Both the position numbers and the translations under genes were made by a program. A stretch of DNA of 35,234 bases, taken from contig SKXR01000134.1 of the NCBI GenBank assembly GCA_007128275.1, positions 1 through 35,234 of the forward strand. Reading direction: 5' to 3'. The notes under the pieces were generated by a model. The model was given only the letters and a program-made list of their open reading frames with translations. It was not told the origin of the DNA and did not search any database. Each line of letters starts with the position of its first letter. The stretch's first letter is position 1. Positions 9,044 to 17,078 of this stretch are shown here, piece after piece. The stretch is from Kiritimatiellia bacterium. Lineage in GTDB: Bacteria > Verrucomicrobiota > Kiritimatiellia > SLAD01.

Positions 9044-10023
9044 CCGTGCGCGTTTTGGGTGACGAGATCAAGCGGGTTTTCCTGACCGGGGGCGCCGGGT
9101 TTATCGGCAGTCACGTGGTGGATACGTTAATTCCGCAGGGTTACGAAGTCACCGTGTATGACAATCTATCGAACGGGCGCCGCGACTTCTTGGAGGCCCA
9201 TTTCGGGCACTCCGCCTTTCGTTTTGTGGAAGCCGACGTATTGGATCTGGCAACGTTGACGGAAGCGATGCGCGGTCATGATCTCGTCTGGCATTTGTCC
9301 GCGAACACGGACATCATCGGCAGTCATGAACAGCCCGACCGCGATCTCCGGGAATGCGTGGTGGGTACGTTCAATGTTGTTGAAGCCATGCGCCAGTGTG
9401 GGATTCAACCGCTGTTGTTCGCCTCCTCCGGCGCGGTGTATGGCGATCTATGTCATGATGTGTCGGTGTCCGAGGAGGCGGGGCCGTTGTTGCCCGTATC
9501 GACTTACGGTGCGGGCAAGATCGGGAGCGAGGCGTTCATTTCCTCGTATGGTCATGTATACGGCATCCACGCGTGGATATACCGTTTCGGAAACGTGGTT
9601 GGAGGCCGGATGACGCACGGCGTCATTTACGATTTCATCCATAAGTTCAAGAAGAACCCGAAGGAGCTCTTGATCCGGGGCGATGGACGGCAGGAAAAGA
9701 ACTACTTTCTTGTCGAAGAATGTATCGATGGCATGGCCTGGGGCTTTCGACATATACCGATGACCGAAGATAGCCCCTGCGATGTGTTCAACCTCGGCAC
9801 CACCACCGTGACCAGGGTGACGCTGATCGCAGACATTGTACGCGAGGAGATGGGGCTGCACGACGCCGAAATCCTGATTGAGGGCACGAAGAAGGCGTGG
9901 CCCGGGGATCAGCCGCGCGTGCATTTTACCGTGGATAAGATCAACACACTGGGGTGGAAAACCAAACACACGTCGGACGAATCGGTGCGTCTGGCCGTTC
10001 GGCGCATGATGGAGAAGGCGTGA
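9040..10023 (+). CDS. Extended SDR NDP-sugar epimerase/dehydratase (paralogue of the upstream gene)
   Basis: TGGAGFIGS, FASSGAVYG, YGAGK, YRFGNVVG, GDGRQEKNY; ATGA overlap. Confidence 0.9.
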   Translation: MTVRVLGDEIKRVFLTGGAGFIGSHVVDTLIPQGYEVTVYDNLSNGRRDFLEAHFGHSAFRFVEADVLDLATLTEAMRGHDLVWHLSANTDIIGSHEQPDRDLRECVVGTFNVVEAMRQCGIQPLLFASSGAVYGDLCHDVSVSEEAGPLLPVSTYGAGKIGSEAFISSYGHVYGIHAWIYRFGNVVGGRMTHGVIYDFIHKFKKNPKELLIRGDGRQEKNYFLVEECIDGMAWGFRHIPMTEDSPCDVFNLGTTTVTRVTLIADIVREEMGLHDAEILIEGTKKAWPGDQPRVHFTVDKINTLGWKTKHTSDESVRLAVRRMMEKA

Positions 10024-10131
10024 AGAAGTGTTCAGTGTCCGGTATTCAGTGTACAGTGGAACGGGAGTATTGAAGTGTCTTTGACTGTCATCTCTGCGTT
10101 ACTCCAATACTCCATCACTCCCATAATCCAT
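10024..10131. repeat. Intergenic heptamer and octamer tandem repeats with an internal inverted repeat
   Basis: AGAAGTG TTCAGTG TCCGGTA TTCAGTG TACAGTG (10024-10058); TACTCCAA TACTCCAT CACTCCCA TAATCCAT (10100-10131); GGAGTATTGAAGT (10064-76) pairs 12/13 with ACTCCAATACTCC (10101-13). Confidence 0.7.
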
Positions 10132-10141
10132 TCTGTCTAAC

Positions 10142-11452
10142 ATGAGTCACATTGCCGTCATAGGTCTTTGGCATCAGGGCATCGTCGGTGCGGCCTGTCT
10201 GGCCGAGGCGGGACACAGCGTGCGCGCCGCAGGCGCGGATGAATCCGTATTGCGTGGTTTGCGGGATGGCAAGGCGCCCATATACGAGCCGGGCTTGGAT
10301 GATTTGCTGACGCAGGAATTGAAGTCGGGGCGACTGACCTTTCCCGACAGCCTGGAAACGGCCGTTCAAGGAGCCGACGTTGTCCTGCTCATGCACGACA
10401 CGCCCGTTGACGAGAAGGACCAAAGCGATCTGACTCCGCTATACAGCGACATGGACCGGATGATCCCGTCGTTGGATGACGGGGTTGTGATATATGCGAC
10501 GGCACAGGTGCCGGTGGGCACGTGCGATGAGATAGGCGCCCGGATTCGCGCCAGGCGTCCTGACCTGAAATTCGGGATGGCCTACAGTCCGGAAAATCTG
10601 CGCCTGGGTCAGGCGATCGAACGCTTCAAGCAGCCGCCTCTTCCGGTCATCGGCGCTGATGAGGACTGGGTCTTTGAGCGGGTCGAGGCGTTGTGGTCCA
10701 TCCATGCCGTGAAATGGGAGCGCGTCAACCTGCGCACGGGTGAAATGGTAAAGCATGCGCTGAACACGTTTCTGGCCACGACGATCACGCTCGGCAATGA
10801 GCTTGGCAATTTGTGCGACGAGGTCGGTGCTGACGGTCACCGGTTGACGGAAGTGCTGCGGCTGGAACCGCGCGTCGGTCCAAAAGCAATGCTCTTTCCG
10901 GGGTTGGGCTTTGCCGGGGGAACCTTGGCGCGTGACGTACAAACGTTGCGCGGGTTGGGCGACGGCGCACAGCTGGAAACGCCGCTCCTGGACGGGTTAT
11001 GGGCGTCCAACGAACAACAGAATAGTTTGGTGGAACGGAAACTGAACAGGCTTTTCGGCGGCTCACTCAAGGGGCGTGTCGTGACGATTCTGGGACTCAC
11101 CTACAAACCCGACACCAGCACACTACGCCGATCGGCCGCCGTCGCGGTGGCCGAGGCGCTTCATTCGGGCGGGGCGACGGTGCGCGCGACGGACCCGAAA
11201 GCGGATCGGACCGAGCTCGGCACCCATGCATGGTTGGCATTCTCGGAGGATCCCTATGAGGCGGCGCGCGACGCCGATGCGGTGGTCTTGATGACGCCGT
11301 GGAAGCAGTATCACGATATTGATCCCGCGCGAATGGCTTCGGTGATGAAGGGGCGGGGAGTGCTCGACACCGCCAACCTCTGGAAGGCAGAATCATGGAT
11401 CGAGCAGGGTTTCACGTATCTGGATATCGGCCGTGGACGGCGAAGCGGATAG
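10142..11452 (+). CDS. UDP-glucose/GDP-mannose dehydrogenase family protein lacking the catalytic Cys (LmbL-like role proposed)
   Basis: GLWHQG Rossmann variant, PIYEPGL, YSPENLRLG, EMVKHALNTFLA, GLGFAGGTLARD (Thr at the Cys position), LGLTYKPDTSTLRRS. Confidence 0.88.
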   Translation: MSHIAVIGLWHQGIVGAACLAEAGHSVRAAGADESVLRGLRDGKAPIYEPGLDDLLTQELKSGRLTFPDSLETAVQGADVVLLMHDTPVDEKDQSDLTPLYSDMDRMIPSLDDGVVIYATAQVPVGTCDEIGARIRARRPDLKFGMAYSPENLRLGQAIERFKQPPLPVIGADEDWVFERVEALWSIHAVKWERVNLRTGEMVKHALNTFLATTITLGNELGNLCDEVGADGHRLTEVLRLEPRVGPKAMLFPGLGFAGGTLARDVQTLRGLGDGAQLETPLLDGLWASNEQQNSLVERKLNRLFGGSLKGRVVTILGLTYKPDTSTLRRSAAVAVAEALHSGGATVRATDPKADRTELGTHAWLAFSEDPYEAARDADAVVLMTPWKQYHDIDPARMASVMKGRGVLDTANLWKAESWIEQGFTYLDIGRGRRSG

Positions 11453-11585
11453 CATGCATCTTGAGTTGGAAGGCGTCTTTCGGTGTGTCCTCCACGCCTT
11501 TACCGGTGCGGATTCGTAGCCGCCGCGGTGACGCGATGGACGCCTTGCGCGGGAGACCGTGCGGATATGGAAGCGGGAGTAGTGT

Positions 11586-12605
11586 ATGAAAGTATCTATT
11601 GTAGGAGCAGGATTACAGTGTCGCCGGCGTGCGCCGTCCGTAGGCGCCGTTAAAGGCGCGCAACTGGTGTCGATCTCCAGTCTGCACCGCGAGCATGCGG
11701 AGGCGGAAGCCGCAAAGTACGGTGTGGAATCCGACGACAACTGGCAGGCCACGCTCGCCCGCGATGACGTGGACGTGATCTTTGTCTGCACCCCGCCTTC
11801 GTCACACGCCGAGATTTCCATCGCGGCCATGCGCGCGGGGAAACATGTCCTTTGCGAAAAGCCGCTGACCAAGACGCTCGAAGAAGCGGAAGAGATGATC
11901 CGCGTTAGCCGGGAGACGGGAAAGGTCCTCAAATGCGGGTTCAATCATCGGCATCATCCCGCCATCTGGGAGGCGCATCAGCGGTTGCAGGCCGGAGAAC
12001 TCGGGACGCCCATGTTTGCCCGTTGTCGCTATGGCATCTGCGGTCGGCCGGGGTATGAAAACGAATGGCGCGCCGATCCCGAACAGGCGGCGGGCGGTCA
12101 GTTCATCGAGCAGGGCACGCATGCCATGGATCTGTTCCGATGGTTTCTTGGGGATCTTGTCGAGGTGGCGTGCATGTCGTCTACTCACTATTTTACCAAA
12201 CAACCCATGGAGGATGGCGGTATGGCCCTGTTTCGCGCGGGCAACGGTGCGACCGCCACCCTGCATACTTCGTTGACCCAATGGAAGAACCTGTTTTCCT
12301 TCGAGGTGTTCGGGGCCGACGGCTATATTCAAGTCGAAGGATTGGGGGGCGGTTACGGCACGGAAACGCTGGCCATCGGTCGGCGGGACTTCACGGCGCC
12401 GTTTCAGGATCAGAACATTTACTATCGCGGCGGGGACAAGTCGTGGGAAGCCGAATGGAAAGAGATGGCGGCGGCCATCGAGGCGGGGCGTGAGCCGATC
12501 GGTAACGGGACGGACGGTTTGGAAGCGATGCGTATCGCGTTGACCGCCTATCAGGCGGAGAAACAACATGCCACCCTGCCGATTCCGCATGGAGACATCG
12601 CGTGA
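11586..12605 (+). CDS. Gfo/Idh/MocA family NAD(P)-dependent oxidoreductase (LmbZ/CcbZ-like role proposed)
   Basis: IVGAGLQ, VCTPPSSH, AGKHVLCEKP, GFNHRHHP, WRADP..GGQFIEQGTHAMD. Confidence 0.9.
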   Translation: MKVSIVGAGLQCRRRAPSVGAVKGAQLVSISSLHREHAEAEAAKYGVESDDNWQATLARDDVDVIFVCTPPSSHAEISIAAMRAGKHVLCEKPLTKTLEEAEEMIRVSRETGKVLKCGFNHRHHPAIWEAHQRLQAGELGTPMFARCRYGICGRPGYENEWRADPEQAAGGQFIEQGTHAMDLFRWFLGDLVEVACMSSTHYFTKQPMEDGGMALFRAGNGATATLHTSLTQWKNLFSFEVFGADGYIQVEGLGGGYGTETLAIGRRDFTAPFQDQNIYYRGGDKSWEAEWKEMAAAIEAGREPIGNGTDGLEAMRIALTAYQAEKQHATLPIPHGDIA

Positions 12606-13543
12606 AGAGTCTCGTGACGGGCGCATCGGGCTTCATCGCCAAGCACTTGATTCGACGGTTGTTGGCGGACGGGACGCAGACGGTGGCGTGGTCGCGCGGG
12701 TCGGCGCCAAAGGAACTGCGCCATGAATCGCTGGCTTGGCAAACCATCGACTTGCTGGATGCCGGCCAAGTAAACGATGCGATGGAGTCGGCGAAGCCGG
12801 ATCACGTGTTTCATCTCTCGGCGCAGTGTTTGCCCAAGGTTTCCTGGGAAGACCCGACCGGGACCTTTGATGCGAATGTGATCGGCACCATCCATCTCCT
12901 TAACGCGCTACAACGGCACGCCCCCAAAGCGCGCCTGATCCTGGCCTCGTCGAGTGCTCTCTACGCCCCCCATCCGGATCATCAACCGATACGGGAAGAT
13001 CATCCCCTTGAAGGAGCGAGCCTGTATGCGATCAGCAAGATGGCCCAAGAGATGACGGCCCGGATGTGGGGCAGGAAATACAACATGCCGGTCGTCACGG
13101 TACGCCCCTTCTTTGTCATCGGGCCTGAGAAACGGGGCGATGTCTGCGCCGATTTAGCGCAGCGCGTGGTTTATGCGGAGCGGTCGGAAGAACCCGTGAT
13201 CCGCGTGGGAAACCTCGCCGCCGTGCGTGATTTTGTCGACATCACGGATGCCGTGCAGGCGTTCCGTGTGATCGCCGAAAAAGGGGAACCGGATGGGGTG
13301 TATAATCTGGCACGCGGATCGGGATGGTCCGTTGGCGATGTGCTGGAGTACTATCGCATTTCGGCCATGAGCCCGTTGGAGATCAAGGTGGACCCGGCCC
13401 TATTGCGGCCGGTGGACGAGCCGGTAAAGATTGGAGACCCCTCGAAATTGCGCGCGCTCGGGTGGGAGCCGGCGGTCCCGGTGGAGATGGCCCTTGCGAA
13501 GATTCTGGATTATTGGCGAACTCAAGATCAGGCCGATGGCTGA
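12602..13543 (+). CDS. Extended SDR, GDP-4-keto-6-deoxy-sugar reductase (Rmd)/Gmd-like
   Basis: VTGASGFIA, PDHVFHLSAQ..SWEDP, ASSSALY, YAISK, VGNLAAVRDFVD, LLRPVDEP; GTGA overlap. Confidence 0.85.
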   Translation: MKSLVTGASGFIAKHLIRRLLADGTQTVAWSRGSAPKELRHESLAWQTIDLLDAGQVNDAMESAKPDHVFHLSAQCLPKVSWEDPTGTFDANVIGTIHLLNALQRHAPKARLILASSSALYAPHPDHQPIREDHPLEGASLYAISKMAQEMTARMWGRKYNMPVVTVRPFFVIGPEKRGDVCADLAQRVVYAERSEEPVIRVGNLAAVRDFVDITDAVQAFRVIAEKGEPDGVYNLARGSGWSVGDVLEYYRISAMSPLEIKVDPALLRPVDEPVKIGDPSKLRALGWEPAVPVEMALAKILDYWRTQDQADG

Positions 13544-14255
13544 AGACATACAAACAATCATTCTTGCGGGCGGGATGGGTACACGCATTCAATCCGTGGC
13601 CGGCGATCTGCCGAAATCGATGATCCCGGTGGCCGGTCGCCCCTTTATTGAACATCAATTGGAGCTGTTGCGTGTGAATGGCCTCAGCCAAGTGCTTCTG
13701 TTGACCGGGTATCGGGGGGAGCTGATTCAGCAACATGTCGGTGACGGATCGCGATGGGGTATGCGGGTGACGTACGTGCAGGAGGATCCGGACGCCTTGT
13801 TGGGAACCGGCGGCGCGTTGGTTCATGCGTTGCCCCATTTGGAGGCCCGATTTGTGACGTTGTACGGCGACTCCTATCTGCCTGTCGACTTCCAGTCCAT
13901 GATCGCATGGTACGATGGGCAGGACTGCCCCGCTGTGATGAGCGTGTTCCGCAATGAAGGGCAATGGGATCGGAGCAACGTGCGGGTGGAAGCGGGGCGC
14001 GTAGTCCATTACTCAAAAGCGTCAAAGCCGGGGGAGGCGGATCATATTGATTATGGGCTCTCTCTATTTACCCGAGAGATCATGGAATCGTACGCCCATC
14101 ATTCCATGCCGCTTGATCTGGCCGTCATACAAGGCGATCTGGTGGCGCGTGGACTCTTGGCCGCCTATCCGGTCACGCAACGCTTCTACGAAATCGGGAA
14201 GCCGGAAGGGTTGGCTGAACTCGAGGCGTATTTGACTTCAGGAGGCGTATCATGA
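13536..14255 (+). CDS. Sugar-1-phosphate nucleotidyltransferase (HddC/LmbO-like)
   Basis: IILAGGMGTRI, LPKSMIPVAGRPF, LLGTGGAL, YGDSYL, FYEIGKPEG; ATG at 13536 overlaps the upstream stop. Confidence 0.9.
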   Translation: MAEDIQTIILAGGMGTRIQSVAGDLPKSMIPVAGRPFIEHQLELLRVNGLSQVLLLTGYRGELIQQHVGDGSRWGMRVTYVQEDPDALLGTGGALVHALPHLEARFVTLYGDSYLPVDFQSMIAWYDGQDCPAVMSVFRNEGQWDRSNVRVEAGRVVHYSKASKPGEADHIDYGLSLFTREIMESYAHHSMPLDLAVIQGDLVARGLLAAYPVTQRFYEIGKPEGLAELEAYLTSGGVS

Positions 14256-14863
14256 AGAAGGCGGTATTTGTGGATCGGGACGGCACGCTCAACAAGATGG
14301 TGTATGACCAGACACACGGGCTCATGGACTCGCCGCGCAGGCCCGAACAGGTCGCGCTGATTCCGGGGGCGGGCCGTTTTCTGAAGGAGGTGCGTTTGCG
14401 GGGGTATCTCGCCGTGGTCGTCTCCAATCAACCCGGGCTGACGAAGGGCACCTTGACCCTCGATGAACTGAACGCCGTACATCGTCAGTTGGCGGAACTC
14501 CTGTTGGGCGAGGGAGGCGCATGGGACGATCTTTATTATGCCGCCTATCATCCCGATGGCGGGCCGGGTGCGTGCCGGGCCTATGAGGCGCAAAAAGAAT
14601 TTCGCAAGCCCGCTCCGGGCATGTTGCTGGATGCGGCGAAGAAACACGATATTGATCTCGCCGCGAGCTGGATGGTCGGCGACGGCATCGTGGATGTTCA
14701 GGCCGGGCGGGCGGCGGGATGTCGGACCGTTCTGGTCACGCAACTCAAGCTCGAGCAGTTGGAACAGTTTCAGAAACTCGAAAATGCCACCCCGGACGCC
14801 GTCGTGGCGGACTTGGCGGAAGCCTTCACGATCATCCAGCGCGGAGAAGTTCCGAGGCATTGA
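14252..14863 (+). CDS. gmhB: HAD-IIIA sugar-bisphosphate phosphatase (GmhB/LmbK-like)
   Basis: AVFVDRDGTLN, VVSNQPG, RKPAPGML, SWMVGDGIVDVQAG; GGAGG RBS, ATGA overlap. Confidence 0.88.
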   Translation: MKKAVFVDRDGTLNKMVYDQTHGLMDSPRRPEQVALIPGAGRFLKEVRLRGYLAVVVSNQPGLTKGTLTLDELNAVHRQLAELLLGEGGAWDDLYYAAYHPDGGPGACRAYEAQKEFRKPAPGMLLDAAKKHDIDLAASWMVGDGIVDVQAGRAAGCRTVLVTQLKLEQLEQFQKLENATPDAVVADLAEAFTIIQRGEVPRH

Positions 14864-14895
14864 CCCGGATGCGCGTTTATGCGATAGGTACAGCC

Positions 14896-15849
14896 ATGTC
14901 GCGAATCTTGTCTATCTGCGTTCCCGTCTTCAATGAGAAGGATAATGTTTCTCACGTAGTGCAGGAAGTCGAACGAGTATTTGCCGATGAACTTTCACGG
15001 TACCAACTCGAAATAGTCTTCACGGACAATGCTTCGACCGACGGCACCTGGGAGATGATCCGGGAACTTGCCAAGACCAAACCGCATATTCGGGGATATC
15101 GATTCTCCCGCAATTTCGGGTATCAGAACTCCATCTTTGCAGGCCTGTCGATGGCCACCGGGGATGCCATCATCGAATTGGACGCCGATCTGGAGGATTC
15201 TCCCCGGGTGATCCCGAAATTCGTCAAGGAATGGGAGGCCGGCTATGACGTCGTTTACGGCGTGCGTTCCAAGCGCCATGAACCGTGGATGATGCGCTCG
15301 TTATTTTCCCTCTTTTACTGGCTGATGAACCGCATTTCCGACATCGAGATCCCCCGGCAAGCCGGGGACTTTCGACTGATCGATCGCAAGGTGGCAAACA
15401 TGTTGACGAGTCTGGGGGAGCGGAATCTGTATCTGCGGGGGTTGGTGTCCTATCTCGGATTCAAACAGAAAGCGGTCCCGTATGAACGGGATCCTCGCGC
15501 CGCGGGCCAAAGTAAATTCAACCTCCTGCGATATGTCATCATGGGCGTGGACGCGCTGACGGCCTTCACGAAGACCCCGTTACGCATGATCGGCCTGCTG
15601 GGGGTGGTCTTGTTTATCCTTTCCATGGCGTTGGCGGCGAATTTCTTCTTTGGCAAGATCTTTCATGGGGTTCCGGTTCAGGGCTTTACCACGCTGGTCG
15701 TCCTCATCCTCTTCCTGCACAGCATGACCTTCATCTTCCTGGGGGTCTTGGGAGAGTACCTCAGTCGTGTGTTCGACGATGCCAAGAACCGTCCGCGCGC
15801 GATTATTGCAGAGTCGACACATGGCGGCGACTTTCCCCGGGCGTTGTGA
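14896..15849 (+). CDS. Polyprenol-phosphate glycosyltransferase, GT2 (GtrB/ArnC/YkcC-like)
   Basis: SICVPVFNE, DNASTDGT, FSRNFGYQ, LDADLEDSP, GYDVVYGVR, GDFRLIDR, two C-terminal TM helices, GVLGEYLSR; ATG at 14896. Confidence 0.9.
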   Translation: MSRILSICVPVFNEKDNVSHVVQEVERVFADELSRYQLEIVFTDNASTDGTWEMIRELAKTKPHIRGYRFSRNFGYQNSIFAGLSMATGDAIIELDADLEDSPRVIPKFVKEWEAGYDVVYGVRSKRHEPWMMRSLFSLFYWLMNRISDIEIPRQAGDFRLIDRKVANMLTSLGERNLYLRGLVSYLGFKQKAVPYERDPRAAGQSKFNLLRYVIMGVDALTAFTKTPLRMIGLLGVVLFILSMALAANFFFGKIFHGVPVQGFTTLVVLILFLHSMTFIFLGVLGEYLSRVFDDAKNRPRAIIAESTHGGDFPRAL

Positions 15850-15872
15850 TGATGTGCCCTTGGTCGCTCGAC

Positions 15873-17006
15873 TCAGCGGGTGCGTGACAGCGCCCGATCA
15901 AAGAGTTCGAGGTATATGCGCGCCGTCTTCTGCCAATTCCATGTGGCCGCCGCAAACTCCGATAAGGCCTTTCGCGCGCCGATCAGCGGTTCGTCTCCAG
16001 CCGCCGCCGCTCGTATTCTGTTCCGCACGGCTTCCACGGTTCGGGGGACAATGAGGAATCGGTCCGGATCCTGCGCGTAGCCTGCAAACGTGTCTTCTGA
16101 AATCAAACAGGCCAGTCCGCAACACATGGCCTGCGGCACCACCGCAGGCCACCCCTCGCCGTAGGAGGGCATGATAAACAGGTCGTGGGCGCCGTACAGT
16201 TCGCGCAGTTCGTGATCCTCGACGTAGGCATGGACGGTGACATTGGGGAGGCCCCATTGGTCCGCCTTGATCGGGCCGCTCCCCACCAGCGTGTAATGAA
16301 CGTCCGGCGTGGATGTGGCCACCTTCTGAATGAGCGGCAACTCTTTCTTGTCGTTAAAACGCCCGACAAAAAGAACGTGGAAGCGATCCTCAGCCAAGTT
16401 CCATTGGCCGCGCAGGCGGAGGCGCTCCTCTTCGTCCACGAAATGGTATAAGGCCGGATCCACGCCCGCCGGGGTCATGCAGGTTTGCGCGTTGAGAATC
16501 CCGGCGTGGTCCAGAAACCATTGTCTGACGGCTTTGCCTACAAAGGTGATCGTGGCGCCGTACGCGGTCACTTCACGCGCGGCCTTACGGATCATGTGAT
16601 CCTGGAGCCGGGTAAGGCCGGGCACATGGAGTGGGATGATGCCGACATGTTGGGTTACCACCAGCGGTTTATTCTGCGCTATGGCAGCGCGTAACACCCG
16701 TTTCGTGACACCGGGCGCGAGGCTGTGCACGTTGATGACGTCGTGTTCGGCGACCAATGTTTTGATTCGTTTTCGCGCGAAAGGAGAGGGAATGGGCGAA
16801 TTGATTTGCACCGTGTCTTCCAGGATGTTCCAGGCGGGAATCCGGATCAAGTCCTGACCGATCGGGCCCGCGCCGCGCGGCACATCAGCCGCCACCCAAG
16901 TCACGTCGTGTCCGTCCGCTTCCCAGCATTTTTTCAAAGCCCGTGCGGCAAATTCGATGCCTCCGATGTGGGGCGGCTGGTAATTGCTGGAAAGTAGAAT
17001 GCGCAT
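15873..17006 (-). CDS. GT4 family glycosyltransferase
   Basis: MRILL..YQPPHIGGIE, VLFVGRFNDKK, DLFIMPSYGEGWPAVVPQAMCCG; start placed at ATG 17006. Confidence 0.88.
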   Translation of the reverse strand: MRILLSSNYQPPHIGGIEFAARALKKCWEADGHDVTWVAADVPRGAGPIGQDLIRIPAWNILEDTVQINSPIPSPFARKRIKTLVAEHDVINVHSLAPGVTKRVLRAAIAQNKPLVVTQHVGIIPLHVPGLTRLQDHMIRKAAREVTAYGATITFVGKAVRQWFLDHAGILNAQTCMTPAGVDPALYHFVDEEERLRLRGQWNLAEDRFHVLFVGRFNDKKELPLIQKVATSTPDVHYTLVGSGPIKADQWGLPNVTVHAYVEDHELRELYGAHDLFIMPSYGEGWPAVVPQAMCCGLACLISEDTFAGYAQDPDRFLIVPRTVEAVRNRIRAAAAGDEPLIGARKALSEFAAATWNWQKTARIYLELFDRALSRTR

Positions 17007-17078
17007 GTCCTGGATTGAGTATAGGCTGTCGGGGCACTGAGTAAGGGAAAGGGCGCCGGCTGGTGGCGGTTCGGCCAC

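Noticed and set aside
10024-10131. Possible CRISPR array
   Set aside because: Units are 7-8 nt and contiguous with no spacers; no cas genes are present.
11453-11585. 133-nt spacer with short AAGGCGT/ACGCCTT inverted matches as an ncRNA or riboswitch
   Set aside because: Stems are short for GC-rich DNA and no known RNA motif is recognisable.
5673-15849. Lincosamide antibiotic biosynthetic cluster
   Set aside because: No aminotransferase, alkylproline/NRPS genes, thiol S-glycosyltransferase or resistance genes in the window; the context is envelope glycosylation.
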